Positions 26,193 through 34,967 of a stretch of DNA of 64,000 bases are shown here, piece after piece. The notes beneath the pieces are model-generated. The model saw only the letters and a list, made by a program, of their open reading frames with translations, had not been told where the DNA came from and searched no databases. Within the stretch, counting starts at the first letter, position 1. Every line of letters starts with the position of its first letter. The position numbers were made by a program, and so were the translations under genes. The stretch covers positions 121,354-185,353 of the forward strand of contig QFPM01000004.1 of the NCBI GenBank assembly GCA_003248655.1. Reading direction: 5' to 3'. This DNA comes from Microbacterium sp. Lineage in GTDB: Bacteria; Actinomycetota; Actinomycetes; Actinomycetales; Microbacteriaceae.

Positions 26193-27251
26193 ATGACAGG
26201 ACCGCCGGTGACACAGACCGCCTCGCTCGACATCGTCGCACCCGCCGCGTTCGCCCCGCGCGCGAGCGGTGCCGCGCGCCCGAGCGGCACGCGGGCGAGC
26301 ACGAGCGGCATCGTCATGGCGGTCGTCTCGGCGCTCGCGTTTTCCTCGAGCGGCCCGCTCGTGAAGCCCCTGCTCGAAGCCGGCTGGTCACTTTCGGCGG
26401 CGCTCGTCATCCGTATGGGCCTGTCGGGATTTATCCTCGCGCCCGCGCTGATCGCCGCCATCCGTCGCGAGCGCTCGTTCCTGCGGAGGCACTGGCGCTC
26501 ACTTCTCGCGTTCGGGCTGATCCCGGTCGCCGGCTGCCAGATCCTCTTCTTCTCGGCCATGCAGCGGATGCCGGTGGCCGTCGCACTCCTTATCCAGTAT
26601 CTCGCGCCGGTGCTCCTTGTCGCCTTCGTCTGGCTGCGTACCCGCCGCGCGCCCTCGCGACTGGTCATCGTCGGATCGATCGTCGCGATCGTCGGGCTCG
26701 TGCTCGTCGTCGACATCTCCGGCGCCCGCTTCGACCTGCTCGGCACGATCCTCGCGCTCGGGGCGGCGGTCACGGTGTGTGTCTACTTCGTGATGAGCGA
26801 GCGCACGGGCGATGACCTGCCGCCCCTCGCCCTCGCCTCGGGCGGACTCCTCGTCGGCGCCGCCGCGATGGGGATCATCGCGCTGAGCGGTGTGATCCCG
26901 TTCGCGGCACCCGACGTGACGGTCGCGTTCCGCGGTGTCGAGGTGCCGGGCATCCTGCCGATCCTCTGGGTGGGCGCCGTCGGCACGACCCTCGGTTACG
27001 CGCTCGGGGTCATGGCGGTGCCGCGCGTCGGCTCGCGCCTGGCATCCTTCATCGGTCTGAGCGAAGTGCTCTTCGCGCTCGGGTTCGCGTGGCTGCTGCT
27101 CGGCGAGACGCCCGGGCCGATTCAGTTCCTCGGGGGAGCGGTGCTCCTCGCCGGCGTGGTGCTCGTGCGGCTGGATGCCGGCGACGCCAGCCCCGCGGTG
27201 GCGGAGGCGGTCACGCTCCCGAGCGACGTTCTGCCGCCTGCGCAGAGTTGA
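26193..27251 (+). CDS. EamA/DMT family transporter
   Basis: This is the hydrophobic 10-TM portion of ORF 25341..27251, starting at the in-frame ATG at 26193. Duplicated EamA pattern. Confidence 0.8.
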   Translation: MTGPPVTQTASLDIVAPAAFAPRASGAARPSGTRASTSGIVMAVVSALAFSSSGPLVKPLLEAGWSLSAALVIRMGLSGFILAPALIAAIRRERSFLRRHWRSLLAFGLIPVAGCQILFFSAMQRMPVAVALLIQYLAPVLLVAFVWLRTRRAPSRLVIVGSIVAIVGLVLVVDISGARFDLLGTILALGAAVTVCVYFVMSERTGDDLPPLALASGGLLVGAAAMGIIALSGVIPFAAPDVTVAFRGVEVPGILPILWVGAVGTTLGYALGVMAVPRVGSRLASFIGLSEVLFALGFAWLLLGETPGPIQFLGGAVLLAGVVLVRLDAGDASPAVAEAVTLPSDVLPPAQS

Positions 27252-27699
27252 GGATCGGACGCACGCGATAGCCGATGACCTCGCCCATCACGAGCGAGGT
27301 CTCGGTGCGCTCGACCCCGTCGATCGCGAGGATGCGGGCGTCGACGTCGAACAGGTGCTGCGTGTCGCGCGCCGCGACGCGCACCAGGAGGTCTACCTGA
27401 CCGCTGAGTCCGTGCGCCTGGATCACCTCGGGAATCTCGGCGATCTCCTGCGTGATGCGGGGAAGCTCGGCCTGACGGACCACGACGCTCAGCATCGCCT
27501 CGATCGGCAGTCCGAGCGCGGCGGGCGACATCGCGCGCTCATACGACTGGAAGACGCCAGCGCGCTCGAGGCGCAGCATCCGCGCCTGCACCGTGTTGCG
27601 CGAGAGTCCCAAACGCTCGGCGAGGGCGACGACTGTCGCGCGGTGGTCGTCGGCGAGGGCGCCCAGCAGCTCCAGGTCGACGCGGTCGAGATTTCCCAT
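27211..27699 (-). CDS. Lrp/AsnC family transcriptional regulator
   Basis: MGNLDRVDLELLGAL...RNTVQARMLRLE HTH plus an AsnC ligand domain. In-frame ATG at 27699. Confidence 0.85.
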   Translation of the reverse strand: MGNLDRVDLELLGALADDHRATVVALAERLGLSRNTVQARMLRLERAGVFQSYERAMSPAALGLPIEAMLSVVVRQAELPRITQEIAEIPEVIQAHGLSGQVDLLVRVAARDTQHLFDVDARILAIDGVERTETSLVMGEVIGYRVRPILNSAQAAERRSGA

Positions 27700-27798
27700 A
27701 GTGCACAACCGTAGCAGGGGTCGCGGTGTCGGCTTGCGCAAGATGATCAACCCGATGGGTGATGCGTGAGCGAGGTGTGATGCCGATGGCGTGGCGAG

Positions 27799-27804
27799 TA
27801 GCGT
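27799..27804 (+). promoter_or_regulatory. candidate -10 hexamer (TAGCGT), leaderless spacing
   Basis: 6 nt upstream of the ATG at 27811. Confidence 0.4.
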
Positions 27805-27810
27805 GGCCCC

Positions 27811-28614
27811 ATGAGCTTCGACCTCGGCCCCGCGCTGCTGTTCTGCCCCGCCGACCGGCCCGAGCGGTTCGCGAAGGCGATGGAGCGGGCGGATGCCGTC
27901 ATCCTCGACCTGGAGGACGCCGTCGCCCCCGAGAACAAGGTCGCCGCGCGCGGCGCGCTGATCGACGCGCACCTCGACCCGTCGCGCGTCATCGTGCGGG
28001 TCGGCGCCGTCGGCTCGATCGATTTCGAGTCGGACCTCGCGACCCTGTCGCAGACCGACTTCCGCACGATCATGATCGCGAAGGCGGAGTCACGGGGGCG
28101 GATCGCGCGAATCGACCCGCGGTTCGCGGTCATCGCGCAATGCGAGACGGCGCGCGGCGTCGTCGCTGCGGAGAAGCTCGCCACCGCGCCGAACGTCGTC
28201 GCCCTCTCGTGGGGCGCGGAGGATCTCGTGGCGTCGCTCGGCGGCACCTCGAGCCGCAAGTCGAAGGGCGGATATCGCGACATCGCGCGCCACGCGCGCT
28301 CGCGTGTTCTGCTTGCCGCCGGCGCGGCGGGGATCGCCGCGATCGATGCGGTGCACGTCGACCTCGCCGATGAGCGGGGTCTGGCCCGCGAGGCGGCGGA
28401 TGCCGCGGCGTCCGGCTTCACGGCATCCGCCTGCATCCACCCCGCGCAGGTCGAGATCATCCGCTCGGCGTACCGCCCGGATGCCGCGACGGTGGCGTGG
28501 GCGCGCGGGGTGCTCGCGGCGGCGGAGGGTCAGGGCGGGGTCTTCCGCTTCGAGGGGCGGATGATCGACGAGCCCGTGCTGCGCCACGCGCGGGTTGTGC
28601 TCGCGCGCGCGTAG
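27811..28614 (+). CDS. HpcH/HpaI aldolase / citrate lyase beta-subunit-like (CitE family) protein
   Basis: LFCPADRPERF and ILDLEDAV motifs. Confidence 0.8.
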   Translation: MSFDLGPALLFCPADRPERFAKAMERADAVILDLEDAVAPENKVAARGALIDAHLDPSRVIVRVGAVGSIDFESDLATLSQTDFRTIMIAKAESRGRIARIDPRFAVIAQCETARGVVAAEKLATAPNVVALSWGAEDLVASLGGTSSRKSKGGYRDIARHARSRVLLAAGAAGIAAIDAVHVDLADERGLAREAADAAASGFTASACIHPAQVEIIRSAYRPDAATVAWARGVLAAAEGQGGVFRFEGRMIDEPVLRHARVVLARA

Positions 28615-28656
28615 GCCGCTGCCGCTGCCGCTGCGGCCATCGCCGCCGCCGGCGGC

Positions 28657-28760
28657 GCCGGCATCCTGCGTCACATCTTCGGAGATCTGCAGTTCTTCGG
28701 ACGCGTGCGCGCCCCGGCATCCGCAGTTGTGCAGATCTCCGAAGAAACGCGAGGATGCCG
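28657..28760. repeat. long imperfect palindromic element, copy 1
   Basis: Arms CGGCATCCTGCGT..TCTTCGGAGATCTGCA / TGCAGATCTCCGAAGA..ACGCGAGGATGCCG. The first 45 nt are repeated exactly at 28843. Confidence 0.7.
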
Positions 28761-28842
28761 TCGCGCAGCGCGCGGCCACTGCGCTCAGCCCGCGGGACCC
28801 CCCCGGCGGAGCGCCCCAGGCCGCCCGGAGGCCGCCCTGGCC

Positions 28843-28944
28843 GCCGGCATCCTGCGTCACATCTTCGGAGATCTGCAGTTCTTCGGATGCCCGGGGCGCG
28901 AAGCATCCGCAGAAGTGCAGATCTCCGAGGTTGTGCGGCACACC
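28843..28944. repeat. long imperfect palindromic element, copy 2
   Basis: The 45-nt direct repeat of 28657-28701 is followed by its own inverted arm (TGCAGATCTCCGAGG...). Confidence 0.7.
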
Positions 28945-28960
28945 GAGCGGCCGTGCGGCG

Positions 28961-29566
28961 TCACGCGACGGGGATCGCCGCGTACGAGAGCACGCTGATC
29001 CGGTCGCGCTCGACCCGGAAGGTGTGGATTGACGCGTTCGCGAGCCGCTCGCCGGGGAGGGGTAGCTCGCCCCCGCTCGCATGGCGGATGAGCTCGGCGA
29101 TGACGCCGCCGTGCGCGACGGCGATCACGGGCACATCGCGCGGCGCGTGCAGGCGACGCGCATCGCGAACGACGCGGCGCACTCCGCTCAGCGCGCGGGC
29201 GCGCAGCTGCGGCGAGTCTTCGGCGCCGGGGATGTCGGCGTGCACCCATCCGCCGTAGCGGGCGATGACCTCGGTATCGGTCATGCCCTCGGCCTCGCCG
29301 TACGCGCGCTCGCGTAGCTCGAGGTATGTGCGCGGCCCGTCGACGCCGAGGGCATCCGCGATGATCTGTGCCGTCTCCGCCGCCCGCGCCAGGTCGCTTG
29401 ACACGACGAGCGGGTGTTCGGTCGCGTACTGCTCCACGAGCGCCGCCGCCGTCTCCCGCGCCTGCGCCCGCCCCGTGTCGTTGAGCGGAATGTCGCTCGA
29501 TCCCTGGATGCGGCGGGCGGCGTTCCAGTCGGTCTCGCCGTGGCGCACGAGCAGCAGAGTCGTCAC
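28961..29566 (-). CDS. histidine phosphatase family protein (PGM/CobC-like)
   Basis: LVRHGETDWN RHG motif and AHGGV. Confidence 0.85.
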   Translation of the reverse strand: MTTLLLVRHGETDWNAARRIQGSSDIPLNDTGRAQARETAAALVEQYATEHPLVVSSDLARAAETAQIIADALGVDGPRTYLELRERAYGEAEGMTDTEVIARYGGWVHADIPGAEDSPQLRARALSGVRRVVRDARRLHAPRDVPVIAVAHGGVIAELIRHASGGELPLPGERLANASIHTFRVERDRISVLSYAAIPVA

Positions 29567-29613
29567 CGTTCGAGCCTACGCCGCGCCGATGCGGGCGCTC
29601 GCCACGGCATCCG

Positions 29614-30459
29614 TCACGCGGTCAGCGCGGCCCCGAGACGCCGTAGCACCTCGGTCGTGCCGGCGTCGATCTTCACCGTCGCCCGCGGGTCGCCGCGCGT
29701 CTCGCCGCGGTTGACGATGACGATCGGGAGCTTCCGTCGCCGCGCCCGCTCCAGCAGGCGGATGCCGGAGTTCACGACCAGGGACGACCCGGCGATCAGT
29801 AGCGCGTCGCTCGCCGCGAGGAGTTTCTGCGCCTCGTCGAACCGCCCGATCGGGATGTACTCGCCGAAAAAGACGACATCCGGCTTCAGCATGCCGTCGC
29901 ACACGCTGCACGTCGGCACGACGAAGCCGTCGCTGGATGCCGGGAGCACGTCTCCGTCGGGGCCGAGCTCGACGGCATCCGGCACCGCGATCCACGGGTT
30001 GTCGCGCTCGACGCGCACCGCGAGATCGCGGCGGTCGAACACCTGCCCGCAGTGGGTGCACTGCACGCGGCGCATGGTGCCGTGAAGTTCCACGACGCGA
30101 CTGGATCCCGCGCGCAGGTGCAGTCCGTCGACGTTCTGCGTGACCACGCCGGTGACGGCGCCCGCGCGTTCGAGGGCGGCGAGGGCTTCGTGCCCGCCGT
30201 TCGGCTGCGCGGCCGCGAAGGCGCGCCAGCCCAGGTGAGAGCCCACCCAGTAGCGTCGCCGTGCCGACTCGCTCGAGAGGAACTGCTGCACGGTCATGGG
30301 CGTTCGCGCGGGTGCGCCCTTGCCGCGATAGTCGGGGATGCCGGAGTCCGTCGACACGCCAGCGCCCGTGAGGACGGCGATCCGGCGGCCCGCGAGGGCG
30401 CCGACCGCGCGGCCGACGGATGCTTCGGTCTGCGCGTCGAGTTCCAGCACGGTGGACAT
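29614..30459 (-). CDS. Sir2-family NAD-dependent protein deacylase
   Basis: GAGVSTDSGIPDYRG, QNVDGLH, and the zinc ribbon CTHCG...CSVCDG. In-frame ATG at 30459. The upstream part of ORF 29614..32193 is non-coding-looking. Confidence 0.85.
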   Translation of the reverse strand: MSTVLELDAQTEASVGRAVGALAGRRIAVLTGAGVSTDSGIPDYRGKGAPARTPMTVQQFLSSESARRRYWVGSHLGWRAFAAAQPNGGHEALAALERAGAVTGVVTQNVDGLHLRAGSSRVVELHGTMRRVQCTHCGQVFDRRDLAVRVERDNPWIAVPDAVELGPDGDVLPASSDGFVVPTCSVCDGMLKPDVVFFGEYIPIGRFDEAQKLLAASDALLIAGSSLVVNSGIRLLERARRRKLPIVIVNRGETRGDPRATVKIDAGTTEVLRRLGAALTA

Positions 30460-30543
30460 GACACCCCCTCTGCGCCCGACACTACGCCCCTTCGTTTTCG
30501 GGGATGTTACGCCAGCGCGGTTCGGGGCTGACAGCATGGGTGC

Positions 30544-31356
30544 ATGCCTGTCGCCCTCGTCGACGACCCGTCGGACCCCCGCCTGTCGGACTACCGCGAC
30601 CTCACCGATGTCGCCCTGCGGCGGCGCACCGAGCCCGAGGAGGGGCTCTACATCGCCGAGTCCGCGAAGGTCATCGCGCGTGCCGTCGCGGCGGGGCACC
30701 GCCCGCGGTCGGTGCTCGTGCAGGAGAAGTGGCTTGCGGATGCCGAGGCGCTCGCCGGTGACGCGCCGATCTACCTCGTGTCGGATGCCGTCGCCGAAAA
30801 GCTCACGGGATACGCCGTGCACCGGGGCGCCCTTGCGGCGATGCATCGGCCGGCGCTGCCGCCCGTCGCGGACGTCGTCGCGGGCGCTCGCCTGGTGCTC
30901 GTGCTCGAGGACATCGTCGACCACACGAACGTCGGCGCCGCCTTTCGCGCGGCGGCGGGGCTCGGAGCCGATGCCGTACTTGTCACGCCCCGCTGCGCTG
31001 ACCCGCTGTACCGCCGGAGCGTCCGCGTCAGCATGGGCACGGTCTTCCAGGTTCCGTGGACGCGCATTCCCGACGGGCCGGGCGGCGGCTGGCACGCCGC
31101 CCGCGAAGCGCTGCGCGATGCTGGCATCCACGTTGCGGCGCTCGCGCTCGCCGAGGGTGCCGTGCCACTCGACGACTTCGTCGACGGTCGCCCCGAGCGC
31201 GTCGCCCTCGTGCTCGGCGCCGAAGGCGACGGCCTGTCGCGCAACGCCCTGGCATCCGCCGACACGATCGTGACGATCCCGATGGCCGGCGGCGTCGACT
31301 CGCTCAACGTCGCCTCGGCCGCGGCGGTCGCCCTGTGGGCGCTGCGCGCGCCCTGA
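30544..31356 (+). CDS. TrmH/SpoU family RNA 2-prime-O-methyltransferase
   Basis: SpoU C-terminal knot motifs (LEDIVDHTNVGAAFR, LVLGAEGDGLS, IPMAGGVDSLNV). Confidence 0.8.
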   Translation: MPVALVDDPSDPRLSDYRDLTDVALRRRTEPEEGLYIAESAKVIARAVAAGHRPRSVLVQEKWLADAEALAGDAPIYLVSDAVAEKLTGYAVHRGALAAMHRPALPPVADVVAGARLVLVLEDIVDHTNVGAAFRAAAGLGADAVLVTPRCADPLYRRSVRVSMGTVFQVPWTRIPDGPGGGWHAAREALRDAGIHVAALALAEGAVPLDDFVDGRPERVALVLGAEGDGLSRNALASADTIVTIPMAGGVDSLNVASAAAVALWALRAP

Positions 31357-31387
31357 CCGCCGCCGACGCAACTGCAAGGGATCGCGC

Positions 31388-31427
31388 CCGACACGCCGAT
31401 ATTCGGTCGGATGCCGCGGCGTGTCGG
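31388..31427. terminator. stem-loop between convergent genes
   Basis: Perfect 11-bp stem CCGACACGCCG / CGGCGTGTCGG with an 18-nt loop. Confidence 0.45.
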
Positions 31428-31483
31428 CCGCGGCGCCTTGCCGTTGGATCGATGCACTGAGCGGGCGAGGGCGCCGGGCGGCG

Positions 31484-32356
31484 TCAGACGGGCTGGCCGG
31501 GGCCGGCCGTGCGGTCTTTCGCAGGGGCTTCCGTGATGACCGGCAGCGCGTCGGGGCGCTTGGCGGTGATGTTGTCGCCCGACGACTGGTGCCGGAGCCG
31601 CCGCAACACCCACGGCACGAGGTGCGCGCGCGCCCAGACGAGGTCGTTGCCGCGCGCCTCGCGCCACGTGAGCGTCGGCAGGGGATCGGGCTGCATCGGC
31701 TGCAGGGCGTTCGGCACGTTGAGCGCGCGCAGCACCATCCGGGCGACCTCGTGGTGGCCGAGCGCGTTGTAGTGCAGGCGGTCGTCGTCGAAGAAGCGCA
31801 TGTCCTGCACTTCTTTGAGCGCCCACTGGTCGGCGACGATGCAGTCGTAGCGGTCGGCGATCGCGCGGATGTTCTCGTTGTAGATTGCGACGCGACCCCG
31901 GATGCCGCGGAATACGGGCGTGAACGCAGTATCGATGCCGGTGAAGACGACGAGGGTCGCGCCCTGCGAGCTGAGGCGGGCGACGGCATCCTCGAACTGC
32001 TGCGCGACCGCGTCGGGGTCGCTGCCGGGACGGATGACGTCGTTGCCGCCCGCCGAGAAGGTGATGAGGTCGGGGTTGAGGGCGAGCGCGGGCTCGACCT
32101 GGTCGGCGATGATCTGGCCGATGAGCTTGCCCCGGACGGCCAGGTTCGCGTACGCGAAGTCGTCGACCTGTGCCCCGAGCACTTCGGCGACACGGTCGGC
32201 CCAGCCGCGGTGGTCGCCGTCCGAATCGGGGATCGGGTCGCCGATGCCCTCGGTGAAGGAGTCGCCGATCGCGACCATCCGCCGCCACGGATGGGCGCTC
32301 TCGTTCGGGACGTACGGGCTACGGTGCGCGTCGGGCGTCGGTTCGTTCTTCGCCAT
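31484..32356 (-). CDS. SGNH/GDSL hydrolase
   Basis: Block I AIGDSFTEG, block III SAGGNDV, block V DRLHYN. In-frame ATG at 32356. Confidence 0.8.
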   Translation of the reverse strand: MAKNEPTPDAHRSPYVPNESAHPWRRMVAIGDSFTEGIGDPIPDSDGDHRGWADRVAEVLGAQVDDFAYANLAVRGKLIGQIIADQVEPALALNPDLITFSAGGNDVIRPGSDPDAVAQQFEDAVARLSSQGATLVVFTGIDTAFTPVFRGIRGRVAIYNENIRAIADRYDCIVADQWALKEVQDMRFFDDDRLHYNALGHHEVARMVLRALNVPNALQPMQPDPLPTLTWREARGNDLVWARAHLVPWVLRRLRHQSSGDNITAKRPDALPVITEAPAKDRTAGPGQPV

Positions 32357-32453
32357 CTGGTCTCCTGACTCGCGGTCCTTCGAGGCTACCGCGCGCCGCC
32401 GCCGGCCGGCCCGCGCGGCCGCGTGGGGGTGGCCTCGTTTAGGGTGGTCACTC

Positions 32454-34301
32454 GTGAGCGAGGCGGAGCAGGTGGACGAGCGGCAGGAGCACTTCGGCTC
32501 CTTCGCCGCCGAGCACCTGTCGCCCGCGTTCCCGCAGCGCGCCCCGTGGGGCACGGCGCAGAACCTGCGCGCCTGGCAGGCCGAAGCACTCGAGGCGTAC
32601 TTCGACGCGGACGGCCCGGACGGGGTCGGCAAGGGTCCGCGCGACTTCCTCGCGGCGGCGACCCCCGGGGCCGGTAAGACGACGTTCGCGCTGCGGCTGG
32701 CATCCGAGCTGCTGCGTCGCGGCGTCATCGAGCGCATCGTCGTCGTCGCGCCGACGGAGCACCTGAAGACGCAGTGGGCCGATGCCGCGGCGCGCGTCGG
32801 CATCCGTCTCGACCCACGCTTCAGCAACCGGCACCGGATGCACGCGCGGCACTTCCACGGCGTCGCCGTGACCTACGCGCAGGTTGCGGTCAAGGCATCC
32901 GTGCACCGCCACCTGACCGACGACGCGCGCACGCTCGTCATCCTCGACGAAGTGCACCACGGCGGCGACGCGCTCAGCTGGGGCGACGCGCTCCGCGAGG
33001 CGTATGGCCGTGCGACGCGTCGGCTGCTGCTGAGCGGCACGCCGTTCCGCAGCGATACGGCTCCCATTCCGTTTGTGGAATATCACCCGAACGACAAGGG
33101 CATCCGGCTCTCGCGCACCGACTACAACTACGGGTACGGGCGCGCGCTGGCAGACGGCGTCGTGCGCCCGGTGCTCTTCCTCGTGTACGCGGGGAAGATG
33201 CGCTGGCGCACGAAGGCGGGCGACGAACTCGAGGCGCACCTCGGGCAGGACAACACGAAGGACGTCACGGCGCAGGCCTGGCGGACCGCGCTCGATCCCG
33301 GGGGCGATTGGATTCCCGCCGTACTGCGCAGCGCCGATCGACGCCTCACCGAAGTGCGGCAGGACGTACCGGATGCCGGCGGCCTCGTCATCGCGTCCGA
33401 TCAGACCGCGGCGCGCGCGTACGCGGCGATCCTGCGCGAGATCACCGGTGAGGCGCCCACAGTGGTGCTCTCGGACGACAAGGCCGCATCGGGCCGCATC
33501 GAGACGTTCGCGCAGTCGACGAGCCGGTGGATGGTGGCCGTCCGGATGGTGTCGGAGGGCGTTGACGTGCCGCGTCTGGCCGTCGGCGTCTACGCGACGA
33601 GCGCCTCGACGCCGCTCTTTTTCGCGCAGGCGGTCGGCCGGTTCGTGCGGGCGCGTAGGCGGGGTGAGGCTGCGTCGCTGTTCCTGCCGAACGTTCCGGT
33701 GCTCCTCGCGCTGGCGGGGGAGCTCGAACGCGAACGCGACCACGCCCTCGACCGCGAGTCGGGCGACGACGACGGGCTCGAAGACACCCTGCTCGCCGAG
33801 GCTGAGCGCGAAGAGAAGGCGTCCGACGAGCTCGAGCAGGAGTTCGCGTACCAGGCCCTTGGGTCCATCGCGCACTTCGACCGCGTGCTCTACGACGGTC
33901 GCGAGTTCGGCCAGCTCGCCGTGCCCGGCACGCCCGAGGAGGAGGAGTTCTTGGGGCTCCCCGGCCTTCTCGAGCCCGAACACGTGCACGAGCTTCTGAT
34001 GCAGCGCCAGGCGCGCCAGGGCCGACATCGACGCGCGCGCGAGGAGCGCGAGGGCATCGAGGCAGGGGGCGAAGCGGATGCCGGGGACTCGGGCCTGCCG
34101 CCCGCGCTCCACCGCACGCTCCGCGAGCAGCGTCAGGTGCTCAACAGCCTCGTCGGGCTCTACGCGCGCCAGAGCGGCGAACCCCACGGCGCCGTGCATG
34201 CCGAGCTGCGGCGGCTCTGCGGCGGTCCGGAGGTCGCGCGCGCGACCGTCGCGCAGCTGCAGGCGCGCATCGAGGTGCTACGGCGCCGCGTGCGTTCCTG
34301 A
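32454..34301 (+). CDS. DEAD/DEAH-box (SF2, ResIII-type) helicase
   Basis: Walker A TPGAGKTT and LDEVHHGG (DEVH), with a helicase C domain. In-frame GTG at 32454. The upstream part of ORF 31902..34301 overlaps the SGNH gene in antisense. Confidence 0.75.
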   Translation: MSEAEQVDERQEHFGSFAAEHLSPAFPQRAPWGTAQNLRAWQAEALEAYFDADGPDGVGKGPRDFLAAATPGAGKTTFALRLASELLRRGVIERIVVVAPTEHLKTQWADAAARVGIRLDPRFSNRHRMHARHFHGVAVTYAQVAVKASVHRHLTDDARTLVILDEVHHGGDALSWGDALREAYGRATRRLLLSGTPFRSDTAPIPFVEYHPNDKGIRLSRTDYNYGYGRALADGVVRPVLFLVYAGKMRWRTKAGDELEAHLGQDNTKDVTAQAWRTALDPGGDWIPAVLRSADRRLTEVRQDVPDAGGLVIASDQTAARAYAAILREITGEAPTVVLSDDKAASGRIETFAQSTSRWMVAVRMVSEGVDVPRLAVGVYATSASTPLFFAQAVGRFVRARRRGEAASLFLPNVPVLLALAGELERERDHALDRESGDDDGLEDTLLAEAEREEKASDELEQEFAYQALGSIAHFDRVLYDGREFGQLAVPGTPEEEEFLGLPGLLEPEHVHELLMQRQARQGRHRRAREEREGIEAGGEADAGDSGLPPALHRTLREQRQVLNSLVGLYARQSGEPHGAVHAELRRLCGGPEVARATVAQLQARIEVLRRRVRS

Positions 34302-34374
34302 CGCGCTCGCGGTCTGCGCAGGGTCTGCCCCGAGAGCCCGCACACACGCGAGCCCGCGCACACCTCCGCGCGCG

Positions 34375-34380
34375 TACACT
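34375..34380 (+). promoter_or_regulatory. candidate -10 hexamer (TACACT), leaderless spacing
   Basis: 7 nt upstream of the ATG at 34388. Confidence 0.4.
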
Positions 34381-34387
34381 CGCCGCC

Positions 34388-34861
34388 ATGCGCCACGACT
34401 ATGCGTTCGTCTCGCGCTGGCATGTCGCGGCGAGCCCCGACCGCTGCTGGGCCGTGCTCGAGGAGTCTCTGCGTAGCGGCGTCGTGCCCTGGTGGCCGGC
34501 GGTCCGGTTCGAGCAGGTCACGGCGGATGCCGGCACCGCGCTGACGCCCGGAGACCCGATCCGGCTCGTTGTGCAGAGCCCCATCGGCTACCGCCTGCGC
34601 ATCACGCTCACGCTCACGGAGGTCATCGCCGGGCGTGCGCTCGCGGCGACAAGCGCAGGCGACCTGGCCGGACGCGGGCGCCTCGATCTCGCCAGCGCGG
34701 ATAGCGGCTCCGAACTCACGTGGACGTGGCAGGTCGAGGTGCGCAAGCGCTGGATGCGCGTCGTCGGCCCGGCGGTCCGGCCGGCGTTCGAGGCAGCCCA
34801 TCGTGCCGTCATGCGCCGCGGCGAGCGGGGCTTGGCGGCGTACGTGAACGACGCCGCGTGA
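34388..34861 (+). CDS. SRPBCC (polyketide cyclase/START-like) family protein
   Basis: 157 aa. The N-terminal FVSRWHVAASPDRCWAVL pattern is typical of SRPBCC proteins. Confidence 0.6.
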   Translation: MRHDYAFVSRWHVAASPDRCWAVLEESLRSGVVPWWPAVRFEQVTADAGTALTPGDPIRLVVQSPIGYRLRITLTLTEVIAGRALAATSAGDLAGRGRLDLASADSGSELTWTWQVEVRKRWMRVVGPAVRPAFEAAHRAVMRRGERGLAAYVNDAA

Positions 34862-34869
34862 GGCCGCTT

Positions 34870-34903
34870 CGGATGCCCGAAATGCTGGCAATCCGGGCAT
34901 CCG
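34870..34903 (+). terminator. stem-loop terminator made of an inverted pair of the GGATGCC motif
   Basis: CGGATGCCCG - 14 nt - CGGGCATCCG, a 10-bp stem. Confidence 0.5.
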
Positions 34904-34967
34904 GCGCCTCGCGCGCCCCGCACGTCGGTAGCGTTTCTGCGAACCCCGACGCACCCGAGGAGGCCTC

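Noticed and set aside
29614-30459. The Sir2 protein could be an anti-phage NADase (Thoeris or DSR-like).
   Set aside because: It is short (281 aa) with a complete sirtuin catalytic core and zinc ribbon. It lacks accessory or sensor domains, and its neighbours are housekeeping genes.
32454-34301. The ResIII-type helicase could be part of a restriction or defence system.
   Set aside because: No methyltransferase, nuclease or other partner gene is adjacent. The neighbours are an SGNH hydrolase and an SRPBCC protein of core-like composition, including host-like GGCATCC content.
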